Part shown: positions 23,701 to 36,430 of the stretch, in pieces
Numbering within the stretch: position 1 is the first letter of the stretch
Layout of the letters: the number at the start of each line of letters is the position of its first letter
Assembly (NCBI GenBank): GCA_004764695.1
Contig: SMSO01000014.1
Location: 615,648-679,647, forward strand
Direction: 5' to 3'
DNA length: 64,000 nt
From: Schizochytrium sp. TIO01
Taxonomy: Eukaryota; Protista; Bigyra: Labyrinthulomycetes
Translations under genes and position numbers: made by a program
The notes under the pieces: generated by a model
The model's database searches: none
Told to the model about the DNA's origin: nothing
The model's input: the letters and a program-made list of their open reading frames with translations, nothing else

Positions 23701-26618
23701 GATGTTCTGGTGCACTGGCTGCTTTGGAGGTTTGCGTGGACCTATTGAACTTGAAGATGGCTCCAAGGTTGAAAAGACTGCACTGAAGAAGAAAGACAAC
23801 TCAGAAGATACTGAGGAGTCCTGGGTTCAATGCAATTACTGTCACCGATGGTATCATCAAATTTGTGCTATGTTCAATGGTCGCAGCAGTATGGGCAAAG
23901 CAAGCCATTTTTTCTGTCCAATGTGCGTCCTACGTCATCTCGACGAGAGAAAATGGGAGCGCATTCCCACGCGCTTTTCCAACCAAGGTGGTAAAGGTCT
24001 TCGTGCGCGTGATCTTCAACGTACCAAGTTCAGTGACTATATTGAAGCACGGAATTGCTGTTCGGATTGTTGACGAGCGTAAGGCAGAAGCAAAGCGTCG
24101 AGGAATTAGCATGCATGACATTCTTGAACCGGGTAGTTTCACAGTTCGTGTTGTGATGCACAAGGATACTGCGTTAGTTCCGCGCAGCAACTTGCAGAGA
24201 CTCTACAAAGATGAGCCTTACAATTATCCCGAGGCTTTTCCTCATCGAGTCAAGTGTGTCCTCTTGTTTCAGTGTATCGACGGCCTTGATGTCCTCCTCT
24301 TTGCGTTATACACACAATCATACGGTTCGGATTGCCCTGAGCCAAACGCACGCACCCTCTACATTGCGTATTTAGATTCCGTATACTACATGGAGCCCCG
24401 ATTTCTCCGCACGCCGGTGTACCAGGAGCTCCTGATGGCAACAATTGAGTATGAGAAAAGACGCGGTATTACAAAGACTTTTATCTGGGCATGCCCACCC
24501 ATGGCTGGTGATGACTATATTTTATATTGCCATCCCCGTGAGCAAAAGACTCAAAAGGTCGATATGCTTCGTGCCTGGTACTGGAATCTTCTTGAAGATG
24601 CTCGGAAACGTGGGATTGTCTGCTCTGTCGACAATTTCTATGATGGTTATCTCCGTCGCTTGTGCAACCCTTGTGGCGCACCGAACTTTGATGGAGATTA
24701 CTGGCCCGGATTGGCCGAGCAGCATATTCTTGACCTCGAAAAGGTTAAGACGGATCCTAAGGGTTTGGCACTTCGTGCTCAACGTGCCATCATGCGGAGT
24801 AAGACAATGGCAGATGGTACAATGATTGCGCCGCCCAAATCAAAAAAGTCTAGGAGCAGTAGTAAAAAGAAATCGAAGACCAAGTCGAAATCACGGAATC
24901 GCTCTAACACAGTGCAATCGTTGAGCAAGGTTCCTAAACGTAAATCGGAGGGGGGAACTGGCGAGGAAACAACTCCTGAACAAGATGCTCTGTGGCCACC
25001 CCCGCAGCCGGCTAAATGGGTAGAGATGCCGCAGCAAGACGCTCTCACAGCCAAAATTGGCGATTATATTCGGCAAATGAAGGAGGACTTCTTTGTGGTG
25101 CATTTGTACCATATTTGCGCAGAGTGTAATGAGGAGATGGACAAGACAGACCAGCTTTACTGGCTTCCGAATGCTTACGAGGAAGGCATGGGTGATCTCG
25201 ATGTGCACAAAAAGCGGTACGCACCTCCATATGCGTTATGCGATCCTTGTTACTGCAAGGCCTACGAAGCTGAGTACGGCACCCAGCCGAAAGTTGTCCT
25301 CCCCCCAACCTTGGATGAGAAGAAGAAAATGAAACAATCTGAGATTTCAACCTCTTCTGATCTCCTCATCAAGTCTGAAGGTAGCAACAAGCGGGGTTCT
25401 GCACCACTTAATCGTAGCGCAGAGCAAGAAGCTAGTACCGTAAAGCGGATGAAGGCGGAGGACTCCAAGGCAACCGAAGACAAGAAGACCGCCAAGCCCA
25501 ACGCGCCGTCTGGGCCTGCTCCAGGCGACGCGGACACGAAGAAGAAGACTGTGCAACTGCAGACGCCGAAAACCAAAGTCAAGGTCAAGGAAGAGGTCAC
25601 CTCGGGTGGTGCCACTGCAACTGCCACAACAGTCACAATAAAGAAGGAGGAGGACGCCAGTGGATCTGGATCCACAGCTGTTCCACCAGATAGCGCCGCT
25701 ACACCATCCACAGCAGCCGATGGCTCAGAAGGTGCTGACGACCAGGAAAATGGGGACAAGTCTCGTTCGCTTGAAACTGAAGAGCGAATCTTGCCCCCTG
25801 GTCAGCGTGCTAAGCCGCAAAATCCTTGGGCCAACAGGCCTTGCGAGCTTGATGACATGTCTGTCTTTAGAGCTTATGTAGAGCGTGTTACCGAAGACCC
25901 GGACCCACTGATGGAAAATCAGTTCTTCGACAACCGCAACCAGGTGTTGTATCTGTGTCAGAGCAACAACTACCAATTCGATCAACTTCGTCGTGCAAAG
26001 CACAGCTCAATGATGGTCCTCTACCATCTTCATAATCCGGATCAGCCTGCATTTCCTCGTGTTTGTTCAGCCTGCGCAGGGGAAATCAAGGACGCAGATT
26101 GGTACACCTGTCGCCAGTGTGACTCTTATGACCTTTGTGCAGAGTGCCACAAGACAACGAAGCATGAACATCCCCTTCATAAGCGAACTTTGGACAACGA
26201 GGCCAAGGAGGTTGCTGACCAACATGCTCGCCATCAACAGATCAAGGCATACTTGGACCTATTGCAGCATGCTTGCGTATGCACATCTTCCACGTGTACT
26301 CATGTGAAGTGTGCACAAATGAAGGAGGGCCTGGAACATTGGAAGACGTGCCGCCCACAATCTCCGTCAGCTGTCTGCTCCAAGTGTCAGAATATTAATA
26401 AGCTTATTAAAGTGCACGCACTTCGGTGTCGCGAGCCTCTTGGCCAATGTATGGTGCCAAGGTGTAGCCAAATTAAATTGGCGCATCGTCGTACGCAAGC
26501 GTTTGCTCAAGATCGTCGTATTCAGGCTCGTATGGCCGTTCAGAAGGATTCTTCGGCCGCGTCACCTCAACCATCTGATCAATCATCACAAGGTGCTCAA
26601 CCACTTAGCGCATCGTAA
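19973..26618 (+). CDS. CBP: CBP/p300-type (KAT3/HAC) histone acetyltransferase, copy A (KIX-TAZ-Bromo-PHD-HAT-ZZ-TAZ); +1 frame break at ~24051-24054
   Basis: ORF 19973..24073 encodes KIX-like WQDP..D.DMRR, TAZ (HASRC..C..C), bromodomain (IPDYFEVIKHPMDL..NAILYN) and PHD. ORF ..26618 encodes HAT motifs (YIAYLDSV, IWACPP..GDDYILYCHP, WY), LRRAKHSSMM, ZZ and TAZ2. Deleting one base of GGAA gives FSDYIEAR-IAVRIVDERK, colinear with FSDFIEERLVGRILDERK in copy B. Confidence 0.9.
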
Positions 26619-28108
26619 CGCGTTGGGGGGCATTTGCTCTGATACATAAAAATGTCGGTTCCCAATACCAACCTCTGCAATCTCCCTTCAACAATGATGG
26701 TATTTATTATTCCCGATCCGAAGCGAAAACTAAACAAAACAAAGCAAAAAAAAACGATCACATTCCAAACAAAGAAACTTAAAATAGCATTACTTGACTT
26801 CGCGCACTGTCATTTCGTTTATTCTGATTTGATCAAAATATGTGTCCTTCTTTTATAACATCACACGCAAAACTCCTTTATAAACAAACAAAAAAATCAT
26901 TAGAAAACTCTTAAAAATATATGCGCGTATTAGTCTGCTATTTGTGAATTTTATTGTTTCTGTTGAAGTCATGTCTCTGCCTTCAATTACTGTAGAAGCA
27001 AAAGATCGAATACAATTTTACATCTGCCGACTGTAGGTCCATGAAAAATTCACCGGAAATTTTAGTCTTGTGAGTACATGAATCCAAAGGATTGCGAATC
27101 AAGCACATATGTGATATCAAGTAGACAATAGGACCATGAGATCACTCTTCCTCTTCTTCAGCGCTTGGTCGTGTTACATTAAATACCCTCACTGTGATGA
27201 ATGTAAAAACTTGAGATCACCATTTTACACCTTCCTAGATTAAAACGTTTGTGTGGACAATATGCGACTACAGCATCTATATGATCCATATTATGCTGGT
27301 CCTACCTATTTGTGTCTGCATCCCAACCCTTGCAGGACAAATATACTAAGAAGTAGCAAGTATTCATTGCTTTCTCTTCAGTATCTATTAGAGAGACGAG
27401 CATTGGATTCCAAGCACTTTGCTTCAAGTATCACATTTAACCCAAGAGGTGCTTTGACCGTATCTCTCTGTCTGACGAGTGCGAGCGATTACATGCACAA
27501 GTTTCAGAACGCCGTAATACGTAGGGTCCAGGTAAATCAGTAGTAGTTGGCTAGGCATTGGTATCACTTTCAGATTTTTTCTGCTCGACAAAGATAAATT
27601 AACTCAGGGTACTTTATGGACTGTATCGACGCATGCTTGCGAACTTCAATGGCAAGCCTGCGTCCGCTAGGCGCTCTGGTCAACAACCCGACCGACTCTC
27701 TCCTCATGTGCTTTTGCTTGAGTTTGTCAAGCAATCGACCATGAGCGCTTGCGAAACCTTGTGTTTCTAGTTACTTCGGAGCTTACGGTGCGAAAGTAGT
27801 TGAGACTAAGAAAACTTTTACGCCTCGCGCACATGAATGAATGAATGTATTATGGTGCATATTGATTGATACATGTACCAAAGATGATCTTTGGCAAGAA
27901 GTAATGCTATAGCTATTAGCATATAGTAAGTTAGCAAAAAAGGTTGGGGAAATTTATCTTTAGAGAGACTTGAGGCTGCCTCGCAAGCAAAACCATAACT
28001 CGCGAGGGACATTCCCTGGAATTCTTGCGATCATCCACGTCGCTTTCGAGATTGCTGACGAGGTAACGAGAAAGCTTGATTCATTAAGGCTGTCTGCAAG
28101 GTTCCGAC

Positions 28109-29074
28109 ATGGAGAACTATGAGGTAGCAGTTGTGGGCGGTGGCCCTGCAGGTCTGAGCGCTGCACTTGGACTGGGCAGGTCTTCACGAAAAACTATTGT
28201 GCTGACTGATGGGCTTCACCGCAATCGGTTTGCGAGCCATTCGAATGGATTTTTCACGCGCGATGGGGAAGCACCTCATGATTTAATTAAGGCTGGGACT
28301 GAGGACTTGAAGAAGTATGAGACAGTGCAGTTTGCGGAGTGCCGAGTGACAAGAATTTCCCGTAATGGAGAGGAAGGCAGTCCAACATCATTTACCCTTG
28401 AACTTGAGGGCGGAGATGTTGATAAGATCACTGCGTCCCGGATTGTCCTAGCGACTGGACTCAAGGATACTATGCCTGGAATTCCAGGGCTTACTGAGAT
28501 TTGGGGTCGCTATGCGCATCATTGCGTCTATTGCGATGGATTTGAGATCAAAGGCACTCGACTTGGATTGCTTCTCAGCCCCAAAGTGCCAGCTGATGTT
28601 CATGCATTTATGGTACTCGCATGGGCTGGCGAATTAGTGGTTTTCAGCCAAGGAATGGAGCTTCCAGAGCATATTGCACCTCTTTTCGAAGCCAATGGCA
28701 TCCAACTTGTCACTGAAAAAATTGAGGAGATCACGGAAGAGAGCGAGAGCGAAACGATTTCAGTCAAGCTTGGCGATGGCAGCTCTGAGGAGCTAAAGGG
28801 TATTTTTGTGGTTCCTGAGACCGCTCTTGGAGGTAAAGATTTGGTTGAGCAGCTTGGAGTTGAGTTTGATCCCATGTTCAACTACATTAAGGTGAACCAA
28901 GAATATGAGACCAACGTCTCGGGCGTCTATGCTGCTGGTGACACACAAGAAATGTTCAAACACAGTGTGGTGTTTGCAGCAAGCGCGGGCTATGCTTGTG
29001 GTATTTACATTGACAAGTCTCTGACTATGGGAAGACTTGCTGCTGCTAAGCAAGCTCTTGAATCTGGTAACTAG
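28109..29074 (+). CDS. FAD-dependent thioredoxin-reductase-like (TrxB/GliT/HlmI-type) dithiol oxidoreductase
   Basis: FAD motif VAVVGGGPAGLSAA, then RN..ASHSNGFFTRDG, LATG..D..P.IPG, redox HCVYCDG (CxxC) and C-terminal TNVSGVYAAGD. Intronless, 321 aa. Confidence 0.9.
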   Translation: MENYEVAVVGGGPAGLSAALGLGRSSRKTIVLTDGLHRNRFASHSNGFFTRDGEAPHDLIKAGTEDLKKYETVQFAECRVTRISRNGEEGSPTSFTLELEGGDVDKITASRIVLATGLKDTMPGIPGLTEIWGRYAHHCVYCDGFEIKGTRLGLLLSPKVPADVHAFMVLAWAGELVVFSQGMELPEHIAPLFEANGIQLVTEKIEEITEESESETISVKLGDGSSEELKGIFVVPETALGGKDLVEQLGVEFDPMFNYIKVNQEYETNVSGVYAAGDTQEMFKHSVVFAASAGYACGIYIDKSLTMGRLAAAKQALESGN

Positions 29075-32000
29075 AAGACGTAAAGTCTGACATCATAAAG
29101 ATCTACCAAACTATTATTGTTTCAGGTTAAGTCCATAAGGTACCTAGTATGTTCGCAAAGATAAGCTATTGTTCTATAGCACGTTGTTAATATTGGCATT
29201 CCAGGTCTCCTTCCGTTTCCTCTGGTATATTGTACTAGATCTTATAACTTGCGCAATATCAGTCTCGTTGAGACTTTATTTCAAAAGAATGTACCTGATC
29301 CTTGGAAAGAAGCCGCTTTGTTCTTGAAAATGTATATTCTGCCATGTGTCTCATCATGAACGTATTACTGGTATTCTTGAGGATCTATGGCTATCAGGTA
29401 TTTGCAGGACCAGGTGTTGCCACCCTCCAGAGTCCTCGATACTATAAAACGAAAATGTTATTATTTCGTGAAGGCTTATCTTGAAGAAAAGAGGAAAACT
29501 GTTTAGTTCCTAGCCGAATCGATTTTATTGGAGCAATACATAGTAAACCGTCCTAACCTAACCTTCATCTAGTGAATAGTCCTCCATTCCATTTGCCCTC
29601 CTTGGAGCGCCTAACCTGAACACCATCGGTTTCAGTTTCAAATTGCGATACTCATCGCTCAACCACTTGTCTGAGTTCTCTCTCCTGTCAACCTACCTCT
29701 CCATGTTTTACGATACACGCTAATCTGCAATAATATCTAAAGCTTACATTATATACCTCATCCCACCGCCTACGCAGACATTTCAAGACTAAGCTTAGAT
29801 TTAATGAACTTTATATCATAAATGGTGAGTAAAGGTATATTACAAAATTAATAAGTGCAGTGGCACATACATTACGTGTTGACTAGGTTGTTAACTTATG
29901 CATAAAAGAGGTTTTAAGGCAAACAAATTGGCGTTAATTCACACTAATTGTTTATGGAAATCACGGCGGAGTGTATTTATGTGACCTATGTACATTTGTG
30001 CACGCAATGCACTTTCTCTTCACTATGGACTCCTGTTTTTGTAACTGCTATACTTGTAACGAAAATATGGAATAAGGCTTTGATTATACAGGCTAAACAA
30101 AAAGAGTATTTTCTTGAACGAAGATCAAGTTTGCACAATATCGAACTTTCAATCTCCAAGCTTCTAACTGAAATGAAAACGAGTCCACTCTACAAGTACA
30201 GGAAGACTGTCTCCCTTTTGAAAGGTCAAACACAGGAAATAGTATCTGCAATATATTATGATGAAACAATTGACTACATTTTCACTTGTCGGGTTTTAAA
30301 TGAAATGATTAAATAGCAAAGTAATGAATGATGATTGCTCACATTGAGTATTTTTTGAATTTTTTCTTCTTTTCTTTGTGATTTCAATAAGAAAACATAA
30401 GATAACCTTTATAATCAAGATAAACTACAATCATAACTTTGAGCTTGCATGTGGGAGTCGTGATTTAATGTTGAAGTATTTCTTTGCATATCAAAATACA
30501 AGAAGAATCGTCGGAGTAGGCTCGTTCGAGGTCTTGTTGGATAATATCCTACGAGTTTATTGTTTTATTGCCTAGTTGTCTTTTAGTTTTAGAAAACGGT
30601 TCAAATTAGTAAATAGTAGCGTTTTCGAGCCAAAATACTATGAGACGTGTTCCGCAGCAACTGTACTACCATGGGCACTCATCAAAGCGAGTCATATCCA
30701 ATGAAGGAATATAGTGCCGAGAGTATACTGCTGATGATGTCCTTGGCGTTGTAGATGGCGAAGCAGTCTCCGCACAGATCACTACTGCCCCAAATTACCT
30801 CAACCACATTTTTGTTAAAGGTTCAAGAGTATGCTTCGAATGTCTTTGATATTTGAAGTTTCATAATTTTGATATTCACAAAATTCTGAAACTCAGTCCG
30901 TCAAAACAGTCTCTACTGATTTCTATTCTTCCACAGACACGAAACAATGAACTGTAGTCAGCTAGTCAAAATCGACCTCCACCCCTCGATCTTTCATTAT
31001 CACTTTTTTTTTCACGACCTGCTTTGTCATCTGTGGTGCCCATAGGAATAATATCAGCGTTTTATAGCTAGCTGAGTGATGTTATTTTCATTTTCTCAAG
31101 CCTCATCGTATTCCCTTATTCTCAATCTCGGGCTTGCTCTCCCCCTTCCTTAAGCCAGTAGACATCGGAACCCTTGGTTAAATCTGAAGCGCTCTCGACA
31201 CTCGTTCCCCTCATTCCCTATCTTTAGACCTGTTGATAGCCCGCTTATTTACGTACCTTAACATTGCGTGTAACGCAAGGTCTTTTGCAGTAACTGAGGG
31301 GGGAAGTTAAGGGACCTTTGCGAGCACATCTTTGAAAATAAAATCAATTCTGAAAATAAAAAAAAACCATGAGGAGAGAAAAAACAATATTTTTGAATTG
31401 CACCTGGTGTATTTAAAAGAAAAAGAAAAGTTAAAACTTCATAAAACTTCATTTTCACGATTCTTTTTATAAGTTTTTACAATTAAAAGGAAAACCCCTT
31501 AATAAATGTATGGCTTTTTTGTTTTGTTTTATACTTACTTAAACTCTTTTCTTTTTAAATCTTAAAACAAAATAATTAACTAAATATAACGTTTCAAAGA
31601 AAAACGTTTTTAAATTAAATAAGCAAAGGAAAAGTAAAAAGCGAATAGATCTAACGAGAATAAGAAGAGAGCGAAGAGTGCCACAGAAGACGGAGCGCAA
31701 CTCCGTCAAGCTCTCCAGGTTGGCGGCCGCAGGCGTGTGCGAGTGCCGCGTCGTGAAGCCTGATGCCCCGCCACGTCGTCCCCGCGAGCCCCTGAGCTTG
31801 CTTGCCTCTGGGTCAGGAGGCCCGGCACGAACTGCCTGGGACCATCGAGAGCGATTTTTCCACGCGGTCCCTGCTGCGCAGAACCGCTGGATCCCTCCCT
31901 GCCAAGCCTGCCTGCCTGCCAGACCGGCAGCGGTGGCCTGGGAGGACAGAGAGCTAGCTGCTCAGGCCATGGACTGGGGTCCTCCAGGCAGCGCGTCGAA

Positions 32001-32113
32001 GCCCAGTCCGCATTGCCGCGCAGGACGAAGAAGACCCGTTTCCGCGGTATCGTTCGATCCTCCATTCTCTCTATTTCTCTTTCTGCCTCTCCAAATAAGC
32101 AGAGCAAGAAAGT

Positions 32114-32220
32114 TAGAACACCTAGAACATACAGAACCTCTAGAATATATAGAACATAGAGAACAGAGAAAACATTTAGAATAGAGAGAAAAGACAGAAC
32201 AGAGAGAACAGAGAGAGAAT
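32114..32220. repeat. Degenerate 9-bp tandem repeat (AGAACAnnn)
   Basis: agaacacct agaacatac agaacctct agaatatat agaacatag agaacagag... Confidence 0.7.
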
Positions 32221-32510
32221 GGGAAAAAAAGAGCGCCAAAACAGGCGAACGAAGCGAGCGAATGAGAGCGAAAGCGAAAGCGAAGAAGCCAAAGCCCTGC
32301 GCCGTCTTCTCTCTCCGCCGTCCAGGCCTCCTCCTCCTCCTCCGCCGCCCAGCTCTACCCGGCTTTCTCACCCCTTTTCATCTCTGTCTGTGCTCTTCCT
32401 TCGCCCTTCGAGACTCCCCATATTATCACATTGATGACGGCAGAGCACGCACGGCACTTACTAAGCCACAATAGTGAACTGCTAGGTGCGCCTGCGAGGA
32501 CGCCCGTATT

Positions 32511-32553
32511 GTATACACTATCGCGTACAATATCGTGTACACTATCGTATACA
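32511..32553. repeat. 12-bp minisatellite (yrTACAcTATCG) x ~3.5
   Basis: tatacactatcg cgtacaatatcg tgtacactatcg tatacac. Confidence 0.75.
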
Positions 32554-32802
32554 CATTTCCCTACACCTGTGAGCGCCAGCTATCCTAGGAGAGTCTTAAG
32601 CAGGTTCCTAGCTACGACGTCCTTGAAAAATAAAGGGTTTTTGTTTGTTTGTTTGTTTGTTTGTTTGTTTGTTTATTTATTTATGTTTTAGTTGGCGAGA
32701 AAGCAGGGGAGAGTTAGCGTATTGGGTAGGGGACCTTAGTGCGTTTAGTTTAGGCCTCTTTGCGAAAGGTTGACTGATATCGATTGAGGCTTTAGAAGGA
32801 AT

Positions 32803-32804
32803 GA

Positions 32805-32859
<55 letters not shown>
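32803..32859. repeat. (AAAG)n microsatellite
   Basis: About 14 GAAA units. Confidence 0.92.
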
Positions 32860-35697
32860 GAAACACTGGTACTATAAAATTATAATAAAGTAGTTTGTTC
32901 TGTATGTTCAAGTTGGAAAAGGAGAAAGGGCTCTTTATTTAACTATTGTGCTTATCTGCTCCTTACTTAATTAAAAAACATATATTTTCTTTTTCACCCA
33001 ACTTTATTAAATAAAAACAGGTATTTTTTTTTTTAAATTGAAAGTATAAATAAGTAAAAATAAAAAAGTAAAAAATACCTAGTGAGAGTAAGCATTTATA
33101 CACGTTAAAGCACAGTTTCAAGAGAGGTAAACATTTCATCAAAGAAGATGAAGGAAAGGATAATGAAGCACTCTTAAAAGTAATTGAAAGGTGGATCAGA
33201 GAATAGTATAATGCCGGATGGGCGGTTAGCATAAACACTAGCAGTGGCGGCAGGTGAAGACGAGAGCAGAAAGCCTACCTTCGCTCCTCGTGCCGCGAGG
33301 AAAGGGCGGCGCCGCTGCGGCGTCACTGATGGCGGCCGCAGGAAAACAGGATCATAATTCAGAAGGTCAGCAGGAGCGCGATGAGAGCGAGAAAGCAAGC
33401 GGAAAGACAGAGGCGAAGCCGAGACAGGGCGCGAGAAAGGACGATTTCCACAGGCTCGCTCTCTCTTTTCTCTATGCTATGCTCGGCTCTGCCTGCGGCT
33501 TCGCTCTCCTAGAGTAAGTTCTAGTAATCAGGCATAGGTGAAGGAGCCGAAGAAGGAGGTAAAGCAAAGAAGGCCAGCTAGACAGTTTGATAGCCAGAAA
33601 GGTAGCAATCTCAGGAGGTAGACAACGAGAAAGAAAAAGAAAAAGGTCGTCGAATTGATGAGAGAGCAAGGCGCTGCTAGGAGCCCAGCTAGCGCTATTG
33701 GTAGTACCGGCGTGCCTACCTTTAGGATAGCCATTTATCATTTATAGAAGAAACGAAGGAATGAAAAACTCTCCTTTTCGAAAGCTTGGTTGTGGAAGGG
33801 GCGTAGAGTAATGGCTATCTAGGTGGTAAAAGTTGAGAGAGAGAGAAGAAGGCGGAAAGCAGCGCATACAGATTATATACGGTTACCTAGGAGTGGGTTT
33901 TAGCTGGTGCCATTAGTGAGGTTCTACTTAGGTGCATAGTTGAGTGAGCGCCAACTCAGTTTAAAATGAATAACAGGGACTCCTAGTTGGACGACTAGGG
34001 AATTGGGTAGGCGACTTCGAGGTGTTCCTCTGTGTTTCCTTTGAAGGAGGAACTGCTGACAATGCGAGGTACTAATAGTTTGGTAGTGCTTTCTATGCTT
34101 GCTTGCAAGGGTAGTTAGTGAGCTATATAGGGTAAAAATTAATAGTACTCCTTTCGTTTTTTCCCAACTTGAATGATCTTCGAGAATCTTAATTTAATTT
34201 TAAAAAAGGAAAGAAAGAAGGAAAGTCGGCTAAAAAAAAAAAACTTCGATCAATAACGCCCTTTGCAAATCTATCTTCGCTTTATCTTTTGTGTTGCGCT
34301 GCGCTGATGAACGTACTGTTATAGAGGAGACCCGAAGAAAGACAGTGGAAGGGAAAAAGAGGTTAAGCACGAAGAGAGGAGAAGAAAGAGAGAAAGAGAG
34401 GAATAAAGAGAGAAAGAGAGGAATAAAGATAGAAAGATAGAAAGAAAGAGAGAAATAAAGAAAGAAAGAAAGAAAGTCAGAAAGAAAGAGAGAGAGAAAG
34501 AAAGGAGTGGAATCGCAGAATGGAGCTCTGCTTTGCCAAGGAAGGGCCTTGCTTCTGTTGGGTTTGCTTGCCTTTCTCGGATGGACGCCCTCGATTCCTC
34601 GTGGTGTTCTGTGGGTCTCTGTTGGCCTGTTTAATTGAGGGTTCTCGCGGCTTCCCACGCATTCTTTCGCTGCTTTGACGCTGAGTTAGTTGGTTGTCTG
34701 TCTGTCGCGCTGCTTTTTCCCTTCGAGGTTAACTTCGTTCGTTACGGCGGTGTTCTGTTCTCTAAGAGTCGCACGTCTCCGCAGAGTCGTTCTTTTTGCT
34801 GTTTCGTTTGGGCGCTGCTTTGGCTGCGTTTTTTGTATTTACAGTGTTAATAAGCTTACGATCAAAAACAACTATAAAAACCTTTGAACATTTCGTTTCG
34901 AATTTTAGAAGAGCTTAACACGTTTTACTTCTGTTTGCGGTAGCATAGCGTACTTAGTAGATGGCCGCTAAGGAGGCACGTAGTTATTGTGAGGAGTCTT
35001 CTATATATATATTTTTTCATAATTTTTTTTATTTTTTTCAATTTGCGTGGGTTAAAAAACATATTATTGAAAAAAAAGCAAAGAAGAAGAGAATTAATTA
35101 ATTTGGTTTGTTGGCTTGTTTTTTCCTCCTTTCTGATTCTGCGCGATAGAGAAACGTTTGTTTTACAAGTTCTTTGAATTGAGTTCCCCGGGTTCCCTCA
35201 TATACTGCGCGGAGGGGTCATTACTTAGTAGTTTAGCAGAAGAAACGGTAGGAGTAGCACCATGTAAGAGATGTTATGAACGGCACACCGCTCCTGCGAG
35301 TACCCCTGTTAGAGTAAAGAGTAGGGGGGGAGTAGCTGGTCAGGCACACAGTAAACTGTACTCAGATTGATCGATGCATCATCTTTCGAAAAGGAGGGGA
35401 AAAAATGCGACCTCTCAATCTTATGATAATGGTTTCATAGGAGGATTTTCTATCGAAGGGTACTACTAAAGGAAAGAAAGAAAAGCAGAGAGTGAGCGAA
35501 AGCTTTTCACATGAAAAGGAAAAAGATAAAGAAATGGTATAAAGCTTGAAGAGAGAGAAAGATAATGAGATGAGACGAAGATTGAACTTGGAGCATTGAA
35601 TTTCGAAGTCGAAGAGCGACGAAGAGCGGCGGTGGCGGGAGTCCTAGGAGTGAGGGTAGCTGCGGTGCTAAGGCACAGCATGAAAGAAGAGAGAGAG

Positions 35698-35698
<1 letters not shown>

Positions 35699-35775
<77 letters not shown>
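35699..35775. repeat. (AAAG)n microsatellite
   Basis: About 19 AAAG units. Confidence 0.92.
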
Positions 35776-35776
<1 letters not shown>

Positions 35777-36092
35777 CCGCTTGAGGGCTAGTAGTAGGTA
35801 GGTGTGTGCCTAGTGCCGCTTGGTTTAAAATTCTATTTAATCCCACGAGTGAATTGAATTGAATTGAATACAGTGAAACAAAGTAAAATAAAAATGAAGA
35901 TTGCATGAATGAAAGGAAAGGGGTGGAAAAAGGGTTTATTTAATTGATGGGGAGTGAGTAAGTTAGTAAGTAAGTAGTTCGAGGTCTGTAAATAAATATT
36001 TCCACGTGCATAGCATCCGGTAGGAAGGGTTAGGAGTCGCTAGGGAGATTGCAATTTGAAAAGAACGGGAAAGGCAATGAAAGGGCAATAGG

Positions 36093-36280
36093 CTTTTGTT
36101 TTGTTTTGTTTTGTTTTGTTTTGTTTTGTTTTGTTCCTTTATTTTATTTTGTTTGGTTATTATTGCTGTTTAGAAGAGCGAGAATAAGTGAATACATGGA
36201 TGAAGAGAGACAAAGGGAAAGGGAGAAAGTGAGGAAAAAAGAAAAAGGAGAGAATGAAAGAGAAAGAAGAAGAAGGAAAA

Positions 36281-36318
<38 letters not shown>

Positions 36319-36430
36319 GTAATAATAGTAATAAGAAGAAGAAGAAGAAGAAGGAGAAGAAGGAGAAGAAGGAGAAGGAGAAGAAGAAGGCAAAGCAATA
36401 AAGCAATTGATTGATCGATCGATCGATCGG
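36093..36430. repeat. Compound microsatellite block: (TTTTG)n, (AAT)n, (AGA/AGG)n, (GATC)n
   Basis: Directly visible. Ends at the edge of a GC-rich island upstream of CBP copy B. Confidence 0.9.

Noticed and set aside
29948-30316. AT-rich 122-aa ORF with a WD40-like phrase (LKGQTQEIVSAIYY...YIFTC)
   Set aside because: Single imperfect repeat, composition unlike the real genes, no further repeats.
32114-32553. Short periodic repeats considered as a CRISPR-like array
   Set aside because: Units are 9-12 bp and directly tandem, with no unique spacers and no cas genes, in a eukaryotic context.
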